Source of the DNA: Bacillota bacterium
Lineage (GTDB): Bacteria; Bacillota; UBA994
DNA: 64,000 nt
Assembly: GCA_009773495.1 (NCBI GenBank)
Contig: WSXW01000006.1
Coordinates: forward strand, 9,202-73,201
Direction: 5' to 3'
The notes under the pieces are model-generated. The model was not told where the DNA came from. It was given only the letters and a program-made list of their open reading frames with translations, and ran no database searches. Position 1 is the stretch's first letter. Each line of letters opens with the position of its first letter. Both the position numbers and the translations under genes were made by a program. Positions 20,477 through 31,651 of this stretch are shown here, in pieces.

Positions 20477-20950
20477 TTAGCGGGATAAGCTCGTTACCGG
20501 AAGCTTAGTTGCTTGGGATGTAACTAAGGGCTCAGTCCCTGTATTGACAAGCTGATGCCATACCCCTTTAGGGGCCAACACGATGCTGCCGGAGACAACA
20601 TCGAAGCTATGCTCTACACCATTATCGAGATAAAACTTGCCCTTACCGCTGATTATAAAGAATATTTGATCACTGTCAGGGTGCTGATGATACGCCAGCA
20701 CTTGGCCTGGGTTGAAGTAATAAGTATCTGCTCCGAGTTGTGCAGTCTTAATATTCACAACCTTTGACAGGCTGCTTTCTAGTAATTGTAGCTTATCAAG
20801 CACGTTCACATGGTTTGGTGTAATCGTCTCCTGTGCCTGAGCGGGAGTGTACTGAGAAAACTTATCTTGACTAGCACCGCAGACAGGGCATTTTTCTGGG
20901 GCTATTGCCCCCGGGAATATATTCTTACAGACTCCACATTGCCATTGCAT
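20477..20950 (-). CDS. Rubredoxin-like zinc ribbon fused to a cupin domain
   Basis: N-terminus MQWQCGVC...CPVCG (Cys4), then cupin motifs YHQHPDSDQIFFIISGKG and GVWHQLVNTG. ATG 20950 has GAGGAGG upstream. Confidence 0.75.
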   Translation of the reverse strand: MQWQCGVCKNIFPGAIAPEKCPVCGASQDKFSQYTPAQAQETITPNHVNVLDKLQLLESSLSKVVNIKTAQLGADTYYFNPGQVLAYHQHPDSDQIFFIISGKGKFYLDNGVEHSFDVVSGSIVLAPKGVWHQLVNTGTEPLVTSQATKLPVTSLSR

Positions 20951-21074
20951 TGATAAAAGACCTCCTCTGTTATAGGGCATTGCGCATGACTGGTTCCACA
21001 CGAAACACGGTAGACGGTAAACGGAGCCTGCTCTAGCCCGCCCGCTCTTCTAAGGCCTAAAGCCTAGCGGCTGC

Positions 21075-21569
21075 CTACTCTCTCGTACTTGCTAACTTGT
21101 CATACACGCCGGCATGACGCTTTTCATGGCGAGCCACAAACTCAAAGTACGTTGCCAGCTCCTCGAAGCCCTCTGCCTTAGCCATACGAGCAAATTCTGG
21201 ATACATTACATCATTTTCGTAGTTTTCACCATCTCTAGCCGCAAGCAAATTCTCTTTAGTAGTACCAAAGCCCTTTAGCCAGGCTAGCAGTGAAAGCGCG
21301 TGGGTCGTCTCATCAGAGGCGGCCACTTTAAATGCTTCGGCCGCGTCCTTATCCCCTATGATATCCGCAAGCAGTGCAAACGCGGTGTACTTACGATTGG
21401 CTTGGGATTCGCCAGCGAAGGCCTTCCACAGATTCTGTTCGGTTACGGTCCCGCTTAAGTCAAGGCTAGGGGTGTAGGCCGAGAATTTCCTAGCCCCGCA
21501 TACGGGACAAAAATCAAGCGCACTTTCTCCGATACTAAGATGCTTACATAGCTCACATTTCCATAACAT
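21075..21569 (-). CDS. rbr: Reverse rubrerythrin (N-terminal rubredoxin-like Cys4, C-terminal ferritin-like diiron domain)
   Basis: MLWKCELC...CPVCG is followed by the diiron helices GESQANRKY, ETTHA and ARHEKRH. ATG 21569 has GGAGGAGG upstream. Confidence 0.85.
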   Translation of the reverse strand: MLWKCELCKHLSIGESALDFCPVCGARKFSAYTPSLDLSGTVTEQNLWKAFAGESQANRKYTAFALLADIIGDKDAAEAFKVAASDETTHALSLLAWLKGFGTTKENLLAARDGENYENDVMYPEFARMAKAEGFEELATYFEFVARHEKRHAGVYDKLASTRE

Positions 21570-21599
21570 TGCCTGTTCCTCCTCCATAATATAACTTCA

Positions 21600-22022
21600 C
21601 TACCGAGCCTTACACTGCGAACAAAAACCATAGAGATTAAGTTCAATTTTTCCTACCGCATACCCTGCCTGATCAGCAATTTGACGACCCACCGCTACAA
21701 GGTCAACACCACCGCCCTCAAAGCAGTCCTCTACACGCCCACAGCCTTGGCAGTGCAAATGGATGTGCGGGGCAACATGGGCATCATAATGAGCTTTGTT
21801 CCCGCCTATATGGAGTCGCTGTATCAGGCCCGCCTGCTCAAAGGCACCGAGGGTAGTATATACAGTGTTGAAGCTTACCGCAGGAAAATCTCTTTTGATC
21901 TCTTCCCATACATTCTCTGCAGTAGGATGAGCTGCAGTGTTACACAGCATGCTATAGATTGCCATGCGCTGAGGCGTTACCTTAAGCCCTTTCTCCCTTA
22001 ATTTCTCTGCAAATGTTGACAT
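21600..22022 (-). CDS. perR: Fur-family peroxide-stress regulator
   Basis: 140 aa with LKVTPQRMAIYSML wHTH and structural Zn sites CQGCG and CSQC. It lies directly upstream of rubrerythrin. Confidence 0.8.
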   Translation of the reverse strand: MSTFAEKLREKGLKVTPQRMAIYSMLCNTAAHPTAENVWEEIKRDFPAVSFNTVYTTLGAFEQAGLIQRLHIGGNKAHYDAHVAPHIHLHCQGCGRVEDCFEGGGVDLVAVGRQIADQAGYAVGKIELNLYGFCSQCKAR

Positions 22023-22048
22023 CGCTTAGCTCCTCTTCAATGTTTCAT

Positions 22049-22061
22049 TAGTAATTATTAC
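22049..22061. promoter_or_regulatory. Fur/PerR-box-like perfect palindrome upstream of perR
   Basis: AGTAAT-T-ATTACT (6-1-6), 27 nt upstream of the perR start. Confidence 0.6.
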
Positions 22062-22149
22062 TCTCTGATTTCAATTATCACATATTCTAAGAGATGCGTC
22101 AAGCGTCTTCACAAAATATCTGTAGCGTGTTCCTGTTACCTGCTCGCCA

Positions 22150-23691
22150 TTACTCCCACTCGATAGTCCCAGGTGGCTTAGAGGTTATATCATAGACTAC
22201 GCGGTTTACGCCCTTGACCTCGTTGACGATGCGGCTAGAGATGCGCTCCAGCACATCGTAAGGCATACGGTACCAATCGGCAGTCATCGCGTCGGTCGAC
22301 GAGACTGCGCGCACGCCAATTACTTCAGCATAGGTGCGCTCATCACCCATTACACCCACACTACGCACGCCAGGCAGCACCGCGAAGCACTGCCAAATCT
22401 CCTTGTACAGGCCGGCGAACTCGATTTCCTCCCTCACAATGTGATCTGCCTCACGCAGCAGCTCGAGTTTAGCGCGAGTAATTTCCCCCATAATACGCAC
22501 AGCTAAGCCCGGGCCAGGGAATGGATGCCTGTCTACGATGACATCGGGCAAACCGAGCTCGCGTCCAATTACTCTCACCTCATCTTTGAAGAGATAGCGG
22601 AAAGGCTCAAGCAAAGCAAACTTCATGTCCTTGGGAAGGCCACCCACGTTATGATGCGTCTTAATAGTGGCCGCTGTAGAAGTACCACTTTCAATCACGT
22701 CGGGATAAAGAGTGCCTTGAACTAGGAACTTTGCTTCGCCAATCTTGTTGGCCTCCTCTTCAAAGACCCGTATAAACTCATTGCCGATGATCTTGCGCTT
22801 CTGCTCTGGCTCCGTGATACCCTCAAGTTTGGCCAAAAAGCGTACAGAGGCGTCTACATAAACGAGCTTGAGACCTAGCTCATCGCGGAAGGTCCTTACT
22901 ACTTGTTCTGCCTCACCCTTACGCAGCATGCCGTGATCTACAAAGATTGAGGTCAGTTGTTCACCAATAGCGCGATGCAACAGCACAGCCGCCACCGATG
23001 AATCGACGCCTCCACTCAAACCACAAATTACCTCTGCATCTGAGACCTTGTTCTTGATCGTCTCCGTAGCTTCCTCCATAAAGGACGTCATAATCCAATC
23101 ACCTTTAGCCTCGGCTACAGCAAACAAAAACTTCCGTAACATTTCAGTCCCATGGGCACCGTGTACAACCTCTGGATGAAATTGTACCCCTACCATTCCG
23201 AGTTCCTCACTATACATGGCTGCCAGTGGGGTGTTAACCGTATGAGCAGCATTTACAAATCCGTCTGGAAGTAGAGCGACTGAGTCGCCGTGGCTCATCC
23301 ACACTGGGAATTTACTAGGCAGACCTGCGAAGATGCCGGTTTGTTCAGTTACCAGTAAATCAGCGCGACCATACTCACGCTTGTCTGAAGCATGGGCTAC
23401 GCTACCGCCTAAGGCTTGAGCCATAAGTTGCATACCATAGCATATCCCCAGTACGGGAACACCAAGTTTGAAGATGTTCATATCCACCCTAGGAGCGTTC
23501 TCGGCATAAACAGAGTTTGGGCCACCAGAGAATATAACTGCGACAGGGTTAGCCTGTTTAATTTCTTCCGCAGTTTTTGTATGGGCCCAGATCTCTGAAT
23601 ATACATTGAGCTCGCGCGTGCGCCGCGCTATAAGTTGGGCATATTGCCCACCAAAATCTATGATAATAACCATCTCACGCTGTTTCTGCAA
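22150..23691 (-). CDS. guaA: GMP synthase (glutamine-hydrolysing)
   Basis: [17 protein letters not shown] GATase N-terminus, the SGGVDSS PP-loop, and a C-terminal ...GTIEWE. TTG 23691 has GGAGG at 7 nt. The alternative ATG 23673 lacks an SD. Confidence 0.92.
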   Translation of the reverse strand: MQKQREMVIIIDFGGQYAQLIARRTRELNVYSEIWAHTKTAEEIKQANPVAVIFSGGPNSVYAENAPRVDMNIFKLGVPVLGICYGMQLMAQALGGSVAHASDKREYGRADLLVTEQTGIFAGLPSKFPVWMSHGDSVALLPDGFVNAAHTVNTPLAAMYSEELGMVGVQFHPEVVHGAHGTEMLRKFLFAVAEAKGDWIMTSFMEEATETIKNKVSDAEVICGLSGGVDSSVAAVLLHRAIGEQLTSIFVDHGMLRKGEAEQVVRTFRDELGLKLVYVDASVRFLAKLEGITEPEQKRKIIGNEFIRVFEEEANKIGEAKFLVQGTLYPDVIESGTSTAATIKTHHNVGGLPKDMKFALLEPFRYLFKDEVRVIGRELGLPDVIVDRHPFPGPGLAVRIMGEITRAKLELLREADHIVREEIEFAGLYKEIWQCFAVLPGVRSVGVMGDERTYAEVIGVRAVSSTDAMTADWYRMPYDVLERISSRIVNEVKGVNRVVYDITSKPPGTIEWE

Positions 23692-23718
23692 TGTGAGTCC
23701 TCCCTCGCATTTTTGGAG

Positions 23719-23727
23719 ATTATACCA
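23719..23727 (-). promoter_or_regulatory. Extended -10 element (TGgTATAAT) upstream of guaA
   Basis: The minus strand reads TGGTATAAT about 30 nt before the TTG start. The -35 is weak. Confidence 0.4.
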
Positions 23728-23827
23728 CACAGAACGATACTACGAAAGGATACCGAATAATTATGCGACTCAAAGACCCAAACGTTCGCCAAGGGGGTCT
23801 AAGGTACCTCTTCCCAATCCGCGTAGC

Positions 23828-23849
23828 AAAAAGAGCCCTCTTCGGGCCC
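23828..23849 (-). terminator. Terminator after the 2H phosphoesterase gene
   Basis: Minus strand GGGCCC-GAAGA-GGGCTC followed by TTTTT. Confidence 0.55.
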
Positions 23850-23900
23850 CTAGTGTTTTGTGATGTAGTGTGATTAGCGCGATTAGTGCTTCGCCTTCCC

Positions 23901-24470
23901 CTACTCCACCAGTTCCACTAGGCCTAGACCTAGGCGGAACTTGCCAAGAACCCTAACTCGCGGGTCAAACTCGGGGTACCACAGCTCGAGTTCTTCAATC
24001 AGGCATTCGTCCTGCATGGAATAGTCAAGCGCTACTTTATAGGCGGACATCCACTCTTCTTCGCTCCATTGGCGGCCAAAAGTGGACGACACTAAGGTCA
24101 TGTGAGGCTTCCAGTAATCATTAGCCTGCACAACTAGTTGCTCTCCCAAATGGGTAACGAGTTCGGCACGCAGCTTAAAGAGCTTGTCATCGCCTACAAT
24201 CGATACGCCTACAGCTAGGTGCGGTGGACCAAAGCGGAGATAGCCGCTAGCTTGCATCAGGAAGGGGGGTATTTTTCGCACAGCTTCCCCTATCCTAGAC
24301 ACGGCTTGTGTTAAGCCCAACTCACCTTCAATGGAAATCCGGGCAAATGTAAGATGGATAGGTGGAACTACACTTTCATAGAGTTTGTATCGTTTGTTGA
24401 GGCCTTCTTGCACTTCTGCCGCTAGACTAAACAGTCTACCCATAGGACGTGCAACAAGAAATACATCCAT
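23901..24470 (-). CDS. 2H phosphoesterase superfamily protein (LigT / 2'-5' RNA ligase-like)
   Basis: Two H-x-T/S-x motifs (HLTF and HMTL) at the expected spacing. ATG 24470 has GGAGG 7 nt upstream. Confidence 0.65.
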   Translation of the reverse strand: MDVFLVARPMGRLFSLAAEVQEGLNKRYKLYESVVPPIHLTFARISIEGELGLTQAVSRIGEAVRKIPPFLMQASGYLRFGPPHLAVGVSIVGDDKLFKLRAELVTHLGEQLVVQANDYWKPHMTLVSSTFGRQWSEEEWMSAYKVALDYSMQDECLIEELELWYPEFDPRVRVLGKFRLGLGLVELVE

Positions 24471-24495
24471 CGCCCCACCTCCACTCACTAATTAA

Positions 24496-24712
24496 GAGCC
24501 ACTGGTTTAGGCTTTGATCAATATCTTTAAGGTAGCCTAAAAATGGCTGAGCCACTGGTTTAGGCTTTGATCAATTCTTTTAAGGTAGCCTAAAAATGGC
24601 TGAGCCACTGGTTTAGGCTTTGATCAATATCTTTAAGGTAGCCTAAAAATGGCTGAGCCACTGGTTTAGGCTTTGATCAATATTTTTAAGGTAGCCTAAA
24701 AATGGCTGAGCC
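24496..24712. repeat. 53-bp tandem repeat, 4 copies plus a partial fifth that merges into the groEL terminator
   Basis: Units start at 24496, 24549, 24602, 24655 and 24708 and differ at only 1-3 positions. Each unit contains the stem ttaggct...agcctaa around a TTGATCAA palindrome. Confidence 0.9.
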
Positions 24713-24732
24713 GTCCTCGGTGAGGACGGCTC
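24708..24732 (-). terminator. groEL terminator hairpin
   Basis: 11-bp stem gagccgtcctc / gaggacggctc with loop ggt, 16 nt after the groEL stop. The T-run follows 5 nt later on the minus strand. Confidence 0.6.
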
Positions 24733-24748
24733 TTAAACTAGATGCTAA

Positions 24749-26678
<1,930 letters not shown>

Positions 26679-26718
26679 GTAACTAGACCTCCCTTAATAT
26701 TTTTGTAATATGTACCTG

Positions 26719-26745
26719 TTAGCACTCATTCTACCCGAGTGCTAA
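26719..26745 (-). promoter_or_regulatory. CIRCE operator (HrcA binding site)
   Basis: Perfect TTAGCACTC-N9-GAGTGCTAA between the promoter and groES. Confidence 0.93.
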
Positions 26746-26749
26746 CAAT

Positions 26750-26778
26750 AATATACATGGTATCAGCAGACGGTGCAA
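26750..26778 (-). promoter_or_regulatory. groESL sigma-A promoter
   Basis: Minus strand TTGCAC, 17 nt, then TATATT, immediately upstream of CIRCE. Confidence 0.65.
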
Positions 26779-26977
26779 ACCTGAATATGGTTCAAATACA
26801 ACTCTCACACCCCCTAGGGGCTTATCTAGTAAAGTTATGACTAACTACCTACGTGTAAGACAGTAATACTACATAATGCTCTCTAATCCACTTACATAAC
26901 AAAAAACCCCCTAGGCTCTACCATCACCGAGATAGCTTCTCCTAGGGTTCTCCTTTTTATACCGCTTAAAAATGTAG

Positions 26978-27553
26978 CTATTTAAGAAAAAGTCCTCGTT
27001 CGGTACATACACCATCCAACGCTATGTCATGCGGGTCTCGCGGAATTTGAGCCATTACCTGAAACTGATACGCAATTCCCACTTTTAGCGTGTGTGTACC
27101 TAAGCGGAGAAGGAAACGGTCATAAAAGCCACCACCAAACCCTAGCCTGTATGACTCACTATCGAAGGCTACACCAGGAACAAACACTAAATCTAGTAAA
27201 GCAGGGTTTGCCACCCTAATGTCCCCCTCAGGCTCTAGAATATTAAAAGCACCAGGCTTAACGTTATTTCGCCATGGTGTGTCCACAAAGTACGGTTCCA
27301 TATAGCCGTTAGCTTTGTCTATTATTTTAGGAAAAGCTAGCTTCTTGCCTTGGTCTTGTAACCAATCGAAAAGAAGGGACAAGTCTACCTCACCGCGGAA
27401 AGGGAGGTAGGCAAGTATGCTAGTTGATCTGGCAAGCACCTCTGATTGTCGTAGGGCTTCCACAACTCTTGAGCTAAACAAGGCCTGCTTTTCGCAAGGT
27501 AATCCTTCTCGTTTGACAAGAACTGCCTTGCGTATGTGATGTTTGTCGGTCAT
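26978..27553 (-). CDS. 5-formyltetrahydrofolate cyclo-ligase
   Basis: 191 aa with ILAYLPFRGEVDL and GFGGGFYDRFL motifs. 4-nt overlap with the upstream radical SAM gene. Confidence 0.85.
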   Translation of the reverse strand: MTDKHHIRKAVLVKREGLPCEKQALFSSRVVEALRQSEVLARSTSILAYLPFRGEVDLSLLFDWLQDQGKKLAFPKIIDKANGYMEPYFVDTPWRNNVKPGAFNILEPEGDIRVANPALLDLVFVPGVAFDSESYRLGFGGGFYDRFLLRLGTHTLKVGIAYQFQVMAQIPRDPHDIALDGVCTERGLFLK

Positions 27554-28863
27554 ACCAAAACCACCCGGCAGCCAAAATCCTGTAGTGTTAAATAACTACG
27601 CCCATTTAAGTCTCGCCCGCGCAGGTCAAAGGCCTTGTGGGGCAGCACCACTAGTGCGCTATCCATCCGGCGTTCACGCTCTAGAACATGCGCAAAGTCC
27701 TCAACTGTCAGCAAGCCTGCAGTAGCTATATTACCACCAAAAAAGCGACTTTCCACCTTCTCTATTCTGGCAGCCGTACCCTGTAGTACCTGCCAGACAA
27801 CTCCATGTCCTAAGACTGACGCCAGCACCAACACCTTTTTCTTGAGGAAGACTGCCTCCTCCACAGTTGTGAGCAAGTCATCCATTTCTAGCGGCGACAT
27901 ATCATATTGCATAACCAAGCCGCTCTTCTCACCCCTGGCTTTTGCTACTGTGACTACCAATTCCCCCACGCCACGCTTGTAGCGAATTGTGGGGTTCTCT
28001 GCAGCCTCAACTAGATTAAAAGCGTGCACACGGGAGCGTGGGCGCTCCCCATTGACTGCATGAACAAGTTCGCCACCCACAAATCCTGCTTCACGGGCTG
28101 GGCTGTTGTCCATGCTTCCCTGCACAATGGGAAGCAAATCGTTTATGTAGTCGGGTTCAAGTAGGATAGGAGTGGCAAAGCGGGTTTGCGTTGCTTGTAC
28201 TAGGTTTTTGACCTGCATCATATCTTCAGCGCTTGGTACTAAGTCAACAGGAGCCAAACGAGTGAATCCCGGGACGAAAACGCGGACGGTGCGCGCCCCA
28301 GCCATGCATAACTCCTCTAGTGTCTGAGCGACATCTTCTAGACCTACGCGATGCGGCATCGCCACCACACTACCGTGCCACGGTACATAATCCGCGAGGC
28401 GAGAGAGTAGTGAGAGCAATGTATCTGCCTCAGATAGGCCTAATGCAGCACGCCCTCTAGTCGTTGCGCTGTTTAGAGAGAGCGTAAGCTCCACTGAGCC
28501 TAGCTCCTTAAGCTGCTGCAGTATAGACTCCGTCAAGAGAACCCCATTAGTGGTCAGCCTAATCAGCGCATGGGGGTAATGATCGCGGACTAAGGACATA
28601 ATGGCCGTAAACTCGGGATGGCATAAAGGTTCGCCTTCAATTAAGGTCGTAACGGATTCCCCCATAGTTATGGTCTTAAGACGTTTGACAAGAGCCACAT
28701 CTTCCCTAATCTCGCTGACACTGCGGGCGAAAAAACTATACGTCTTAACGCCGGGAGGGTTAAATCGATGACTGCAAAACAGGCACTTAACATTGCACTG
28801 TGAGGTAATTGGCAAGATTCCTTGCTGTAAGGCCTGGATCATCAGGCTGCGCACCTCAGACAC
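27550..28863 (-). CDS. Radical SAM protein with an internal PDZ-like segment (DUF512-type)
   Basis: CNVKCLFC (CX3CX2C) near the N-terminus and the PDZ-like segment SPAREAGFVGGELVHAVNG. 437 aa. Confidence 0.7.
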   Translation of the reverse strand: MSEVRSLMIQALQQGILPITSQCNVKCLFCSHRFNPPGVKTYSFFARSVSEIREDVALVKRLKTITMGESVTTLIEGEPLCHPEFTAIMSLVRDHYPHALIRLTTNGVLLTESILQQLKELGSVELTLSLNSATTRGRAALGLSEADTLLSLLSRLADYVPWHGSVVAMPHRVGLEDVAQTLEELCMAGARTVRVFVPGFTRLAPVDLVPSAEDMMQVKNLVQATQTRFATPILLEPDYINDLLPIVQGSMDNSPAREAGFVGGELVHAVNGERPRSRVHAFNLVEAAENPTIRYKRGVGELVVTVAKARGEKSGLVMQYDMSPLEMDDLLTTVEEAVFLKKKVLVLASVLGHGVVWQVLQGTAARIEKVESRFFGGNIATAGLLTVEDFAHVLERERRMDSALVVLPHKAFDLRGRDLNGRSYLTLQDFGCRVVLV

Positions 28864-28897
28864 AACAAAACCCCCTCTAATTTACATAACATGTTCC

Positions 28898-29023
28898 TTG
28901 TCCACATTGCCCACAGAGTTATCCACAATTATGAGCCCGTACCTGTCAGCTTTTCTGGGCTTTTGCCTAGTTATCCACAGTTTTTATGGACTCGGACAAG
29001 GGGTTTGTGAGGCGTTATCCACA
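28898..29023 (+). promoter_or_regulatory. DnaA-box cluster (3 perfect and 2 near-perfect boxes, same orientation)
   Basis: TTATCCACA at 28919-28927, 28971-28979 and 29015-29023. TTGTCCACA at 28898-28906 and TTGCCCACA at 28907-28915. Confidence 0.8.
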
Positions 29024-30037
29024 GGCCCAAGGGGTCAGTGGTAACACTGAATGAGCATTGAGGCTTAAATCCGCTACCTGATTTGCATGCAAACGATGGT
29101 AAGCCACGGCCCCAACCATCGCCGCGTTATCTGTACAATAAACGAACTCTGGTACAGAAAATGAAATCCCAGCATTCCCACAAGCTGTAGCCATAGCGGC
29201 TCGCAAAAACTTATTAGCCGATACACCGCCAGCTAAACAAAGATTCTTGACCTCCCTCGCTTTAGCCGCAGCTAGTGATTTTGCGACTAGGACTTCGACC
29301 ACCGCATGTTGAAAACTAGCCGCTACATCAGACTCGCTAAACCCCTCCCCTCTCTGCTTAGCATTATTAATGTAGTTAAGCACTGCCGATTTGAGGCCGG
29401 AGAAGCTGAAGTCGAGGCTGCCCTCCTCCAGCCAAGAGCGGGGAAACGGTAGCAAAGCCTTCCCAGACAAAGCCAATTGTTCTAAGTGTGGCCCTCCTGG
29501 ATAAGGCAAACCTAGCACGCGCGCAATTTTATCAAAGGCCTCTCCAGCGGCATCATCCCTAGTACGACCGAGTATGGCAAAGTCACCATGGCCGCGTAAA
29601 TAGAAGATATCTGTATGACCGCCGGACACCACCAAACAAACTAGGGGAAACTGTGGCGGCTCAGGCAACAGGAAGTTGGCATAGACGTGGGCTTCGAGGT
29701 GATGCACCGGGACAAGGGGAATACCCAGGCTGTAAGCTAAACCCTTTGCGTAGGAAAGACCCACTAAGAGAGCACCGACTAAACCAGGCCCGTGGGTAAC
29801 AGCAACCGCCGCAAGGTCAGACAAACCTATTCCAGCAGTAACGAGCGCTTGCTGCACCACAAAGCTAATGTTCTCGATGTGCTGTCGCGAGGCGATTTCT
29901 GGCACTACCCCGCCATAGGCGCGGTGTACCTCTATCTGGGAAGCGATGATAGAGCTCAAGACTTTACTGCCGTCGGCCACTACTGCCACAGATGTCTCGT
30001 CACAGCTAGTTTCTATAGCCAGTATTATCTTCGCCAT
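29015..30037 (-). CDS. tsaD: tRNA N6-adenosine threonylcarbamoyltransferase
   Basis: MAKIILAIETSCDETSVAVV N-terminus with HHLEAH/GGH metal motifs. The ATG at 30037 shares one nt with the rimI stop. Confidence 0.93.
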   Translation of the reverse strand: MAKIILAIETSCDETSVAVVADGSKVLSSIIASQIEVHRAYGGVVPEIASRQHIENISFVVQQALVTAGIGLSDLAAVAVTHGPGLVGALLVGLSYAKGLAYSLGIPLVPVHHLEAHVYANFLLPEPPQFPLVCLVVSGGHTDIFYLRGHGDFAILGRTRDDAAGEAFDKIARVLGLPYPGGPHLEQLALSGKALLPFPRSWLEEGSLDFSFSGLKSAVLNYINNAKQRGEGFSESDVAASFQHAVVEVLVAKSLAAAKAREVKNLCLAGGVSANKFLRAAMATACGNAGISFSVPEFVYCTDNAAMVGAVAYHRLHANQVADLSLNAHSVLPLTPWACG

Positions 30038-30537
30038 TACTGGTCTTCCTCTTGATCGATATAATTCTTCCACATAATAATGGCGTCTTCATTGGTATCT
30101 GTGTAGTAGCCAGGCCTAATGCCTGCCGAGCTAAAGCCAAGTTTATGGTAAAGTTTTTGCGCTACGATGTTCGAAGCTCGCACCTCAAGAGTAGCCTTAA
30201 CCATGCCACGCGCAGCCACTTCCTCAAGCAGAGCGCGGCACGTCGATTCACCAATGTTAAAGCCTCTATAATCTGGGTGCACGGCTATGTTTGTGATATG
30301 TGCCTCGCCGTGAATTAGCCAGGAGCCAGCGTAGCAGACGATGCGCCCGCCTACTCTACCCACCAAGTAGAAGGCTACAGGATTTTGAGTCAGCTCTCCC
30401 ACAAACGCGTTCCGCGACCAAGGCGTCAGAAACGACCTCTGTTCAATTACCAAGACGTCGTCTATGTCCTCTAATACCATGGGGTTAAACTGCACCGCAA
30501 CGGTGGCGTCACTAACCATACTGTTATCTGCATGCAA
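30037..30537 (-). CDS. rimI: Ribosomal-protein-alanine N-acetyltransferase
   Basis: GNAT fold (RGFNIGESTCRALLEE) in the tsaB-rimI-tsaD context. The exact start is uncertain. Confidence 0.8.
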   Translation of the reverse strand: MHADNSMVSDATVAVQFNPMVLEDIDDVLVIEQRSFLTPWSRNAFVGELTQNPVAFYLVGRVGGRIVCYAGSWLIHGEAHITNIAVHPDYRGFNIGESTCRALLEEVAARGMVKATLEVRASNIVAQKLYHKLGFSSAGIRPGYYTDTNEDAIIMWKNYIDQEEDQ

Positions 30538-30539
30538 TA

Positions 30540-31220
30540 CTACTCACCGTTCTTTCTTGGCTTAGCTGATGATGACCGAATGTAATTCGGTATCACTGCT
30601 TTAGAGTCGACACCCTGGGTGTTTTCAGCGAGCAGACCTAAGACCGACGCACGCGGCATGCGCCAAGGTGGTGGCGCGACCCTTAAGCTCTGCTTTAATC
30701 CTGCCTCTTCTGCAGCTTCTCCCGTTAGCATGACGGGTTCGCCACTATAATTACTAAGTAATGATCCTAGCTCCTGCCGATTGAAGGTTTGATCGGCTAC
30801 CAGTCGCTCAACCACCCCCCCTCGAGATCTAAAAACGGCCCCATAATATTCATTACGCTGTGCATCGAGCAGCGGTACTACTATGCCTTCAAACATGGAC
30901 AGTTGCTCAGCGAGTAATTTTAAGGTAGAAACCGGAACAAGAGGTATCCCTAATCCTTCAGCTAATCCCTTAGCCAAGCTCAAACCTATTCGTTGACCGG
31001 TAAAAGAACCCGGGCCGATGCAAACGGCAACGCGCGCTAGTTGCGAAGGCTTAAGGCCTGCCTCTCGCATAATAAAATCGATCGCTGGCAGAATTCGCTC
31101 AGCGTGGTTGCGCTGCACGCCAAGTGCGACTTCAGCTAAAACATAACCTTGCCTGACTATGGCTGCTGTTGCTACAACAGTGGTGGTGTCTAGTGCTAAG
31201 ATTGCCACGTGCTCACCCAT
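30540..31220 (-). CDS. tsaB: t6A synthesis protein TsaB
   Basis: ILALDTTT N-terminus, GPGSFTGQRIG motif, and context. Confidence 0.88.
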   Translation of the reverse strand: MGEHVAILALDTTTVVATAAIVRQGYVLAEVALGVQRNHAERILPAIDFIMREAGLKPSQLARVAVCIGPGSFTGQRIGLSLAKGLAEGLGIPLVPVSTLKLLAEQLSMFEGIVVPLLDAQRNEYYGAVFRSRGGVVERLVADQTFNRQELGSLLSNYSGEPVMLTGEAAEEAGLKQSLRVAPPPWRMPRASVLGLLAENTQGVDSKAVIPNYIRSSSAKPRKNGE

Positions 31221-31651
31221 TTCTCTAAAACACTATTTCCCTCACTTACTTGCAGGAGTCGCCCCTCGCCATGAGGTTCTATAGTTATGTGTAGGTAGTC
31301 CTTTGGCATTAGTTCTATATAAGCCTCACCCCACTCTATAAGTACGATACTGTCAGAAACCAAGTAATCTAGGAAGCCTATATCCATCGCCTCTTGTAAA
31401 TTCTTCAGTCGATAAAAATCACAGTGAACCAAGGTAAGCCTGCCGTGGTAAGTGTGTATAAGCGTAAACGTGGGCGAGGTTACGTAGTCTGTAACCCCCA
31501 ATCCCCGCGCCACGCCTTGCGCAAAAGTTGTTTTACCCGCTCCTAGTTCTCCCGAGAGAATTATGACCTCACCACCCATGGCCAACTGTCCTAAATGTTC
31601 GCCTGCCTGCTGTAACTCTAGTGCTGTACGTGTCGTTAGGCTATTCATCAT
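31196..31651 (-). CDS. tsaE: t6A synthesis ATPase TsaE
   Basis: 151 aa with the Walker A GELGAGKTTFAQG and SPTFTL motif. Confidence 0.9.
   Translation of the reverse strand: MMNSLTTRTALELQQAGEHLGQLAMGGEVIILSGELGAGKTTFAQGVARGLGVTDYVTSPTFTLIHTYHGRLTLVHCDFYRLKNLQEAMDIGFLDYLVSDSIVLIEWGEAYIELMPKDYLHITIEPHGEGRLLQVSEGNSVLEKWVSTWQS

Noticed and set aside
23692-23900. Purine riboswitch upstream of guaA
   Set aside because: An extended -10 (TGGTATAAT) lies only about 30 nt before the start, leaving no room for an aptamer. The conserved UUUCUACC and CCGUAAAU segments are absent.
24496-24712. Possible CRISPR array (regular 53-bp periodicity)
   Set aside because: The units are contiguous and near-identical with no unique spacers, and no cas genes are present. 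It is a simple tandem duplication.
28898-29023. Replication origin (oriC)
   Set aside because: There is no dnaA or dnaN nearby and no obvious AT-rich unwinding element. Gene orientation does not switch here. The position matches a secondary DnaA-box cluster known downstream of tsaD in B. subtilis.
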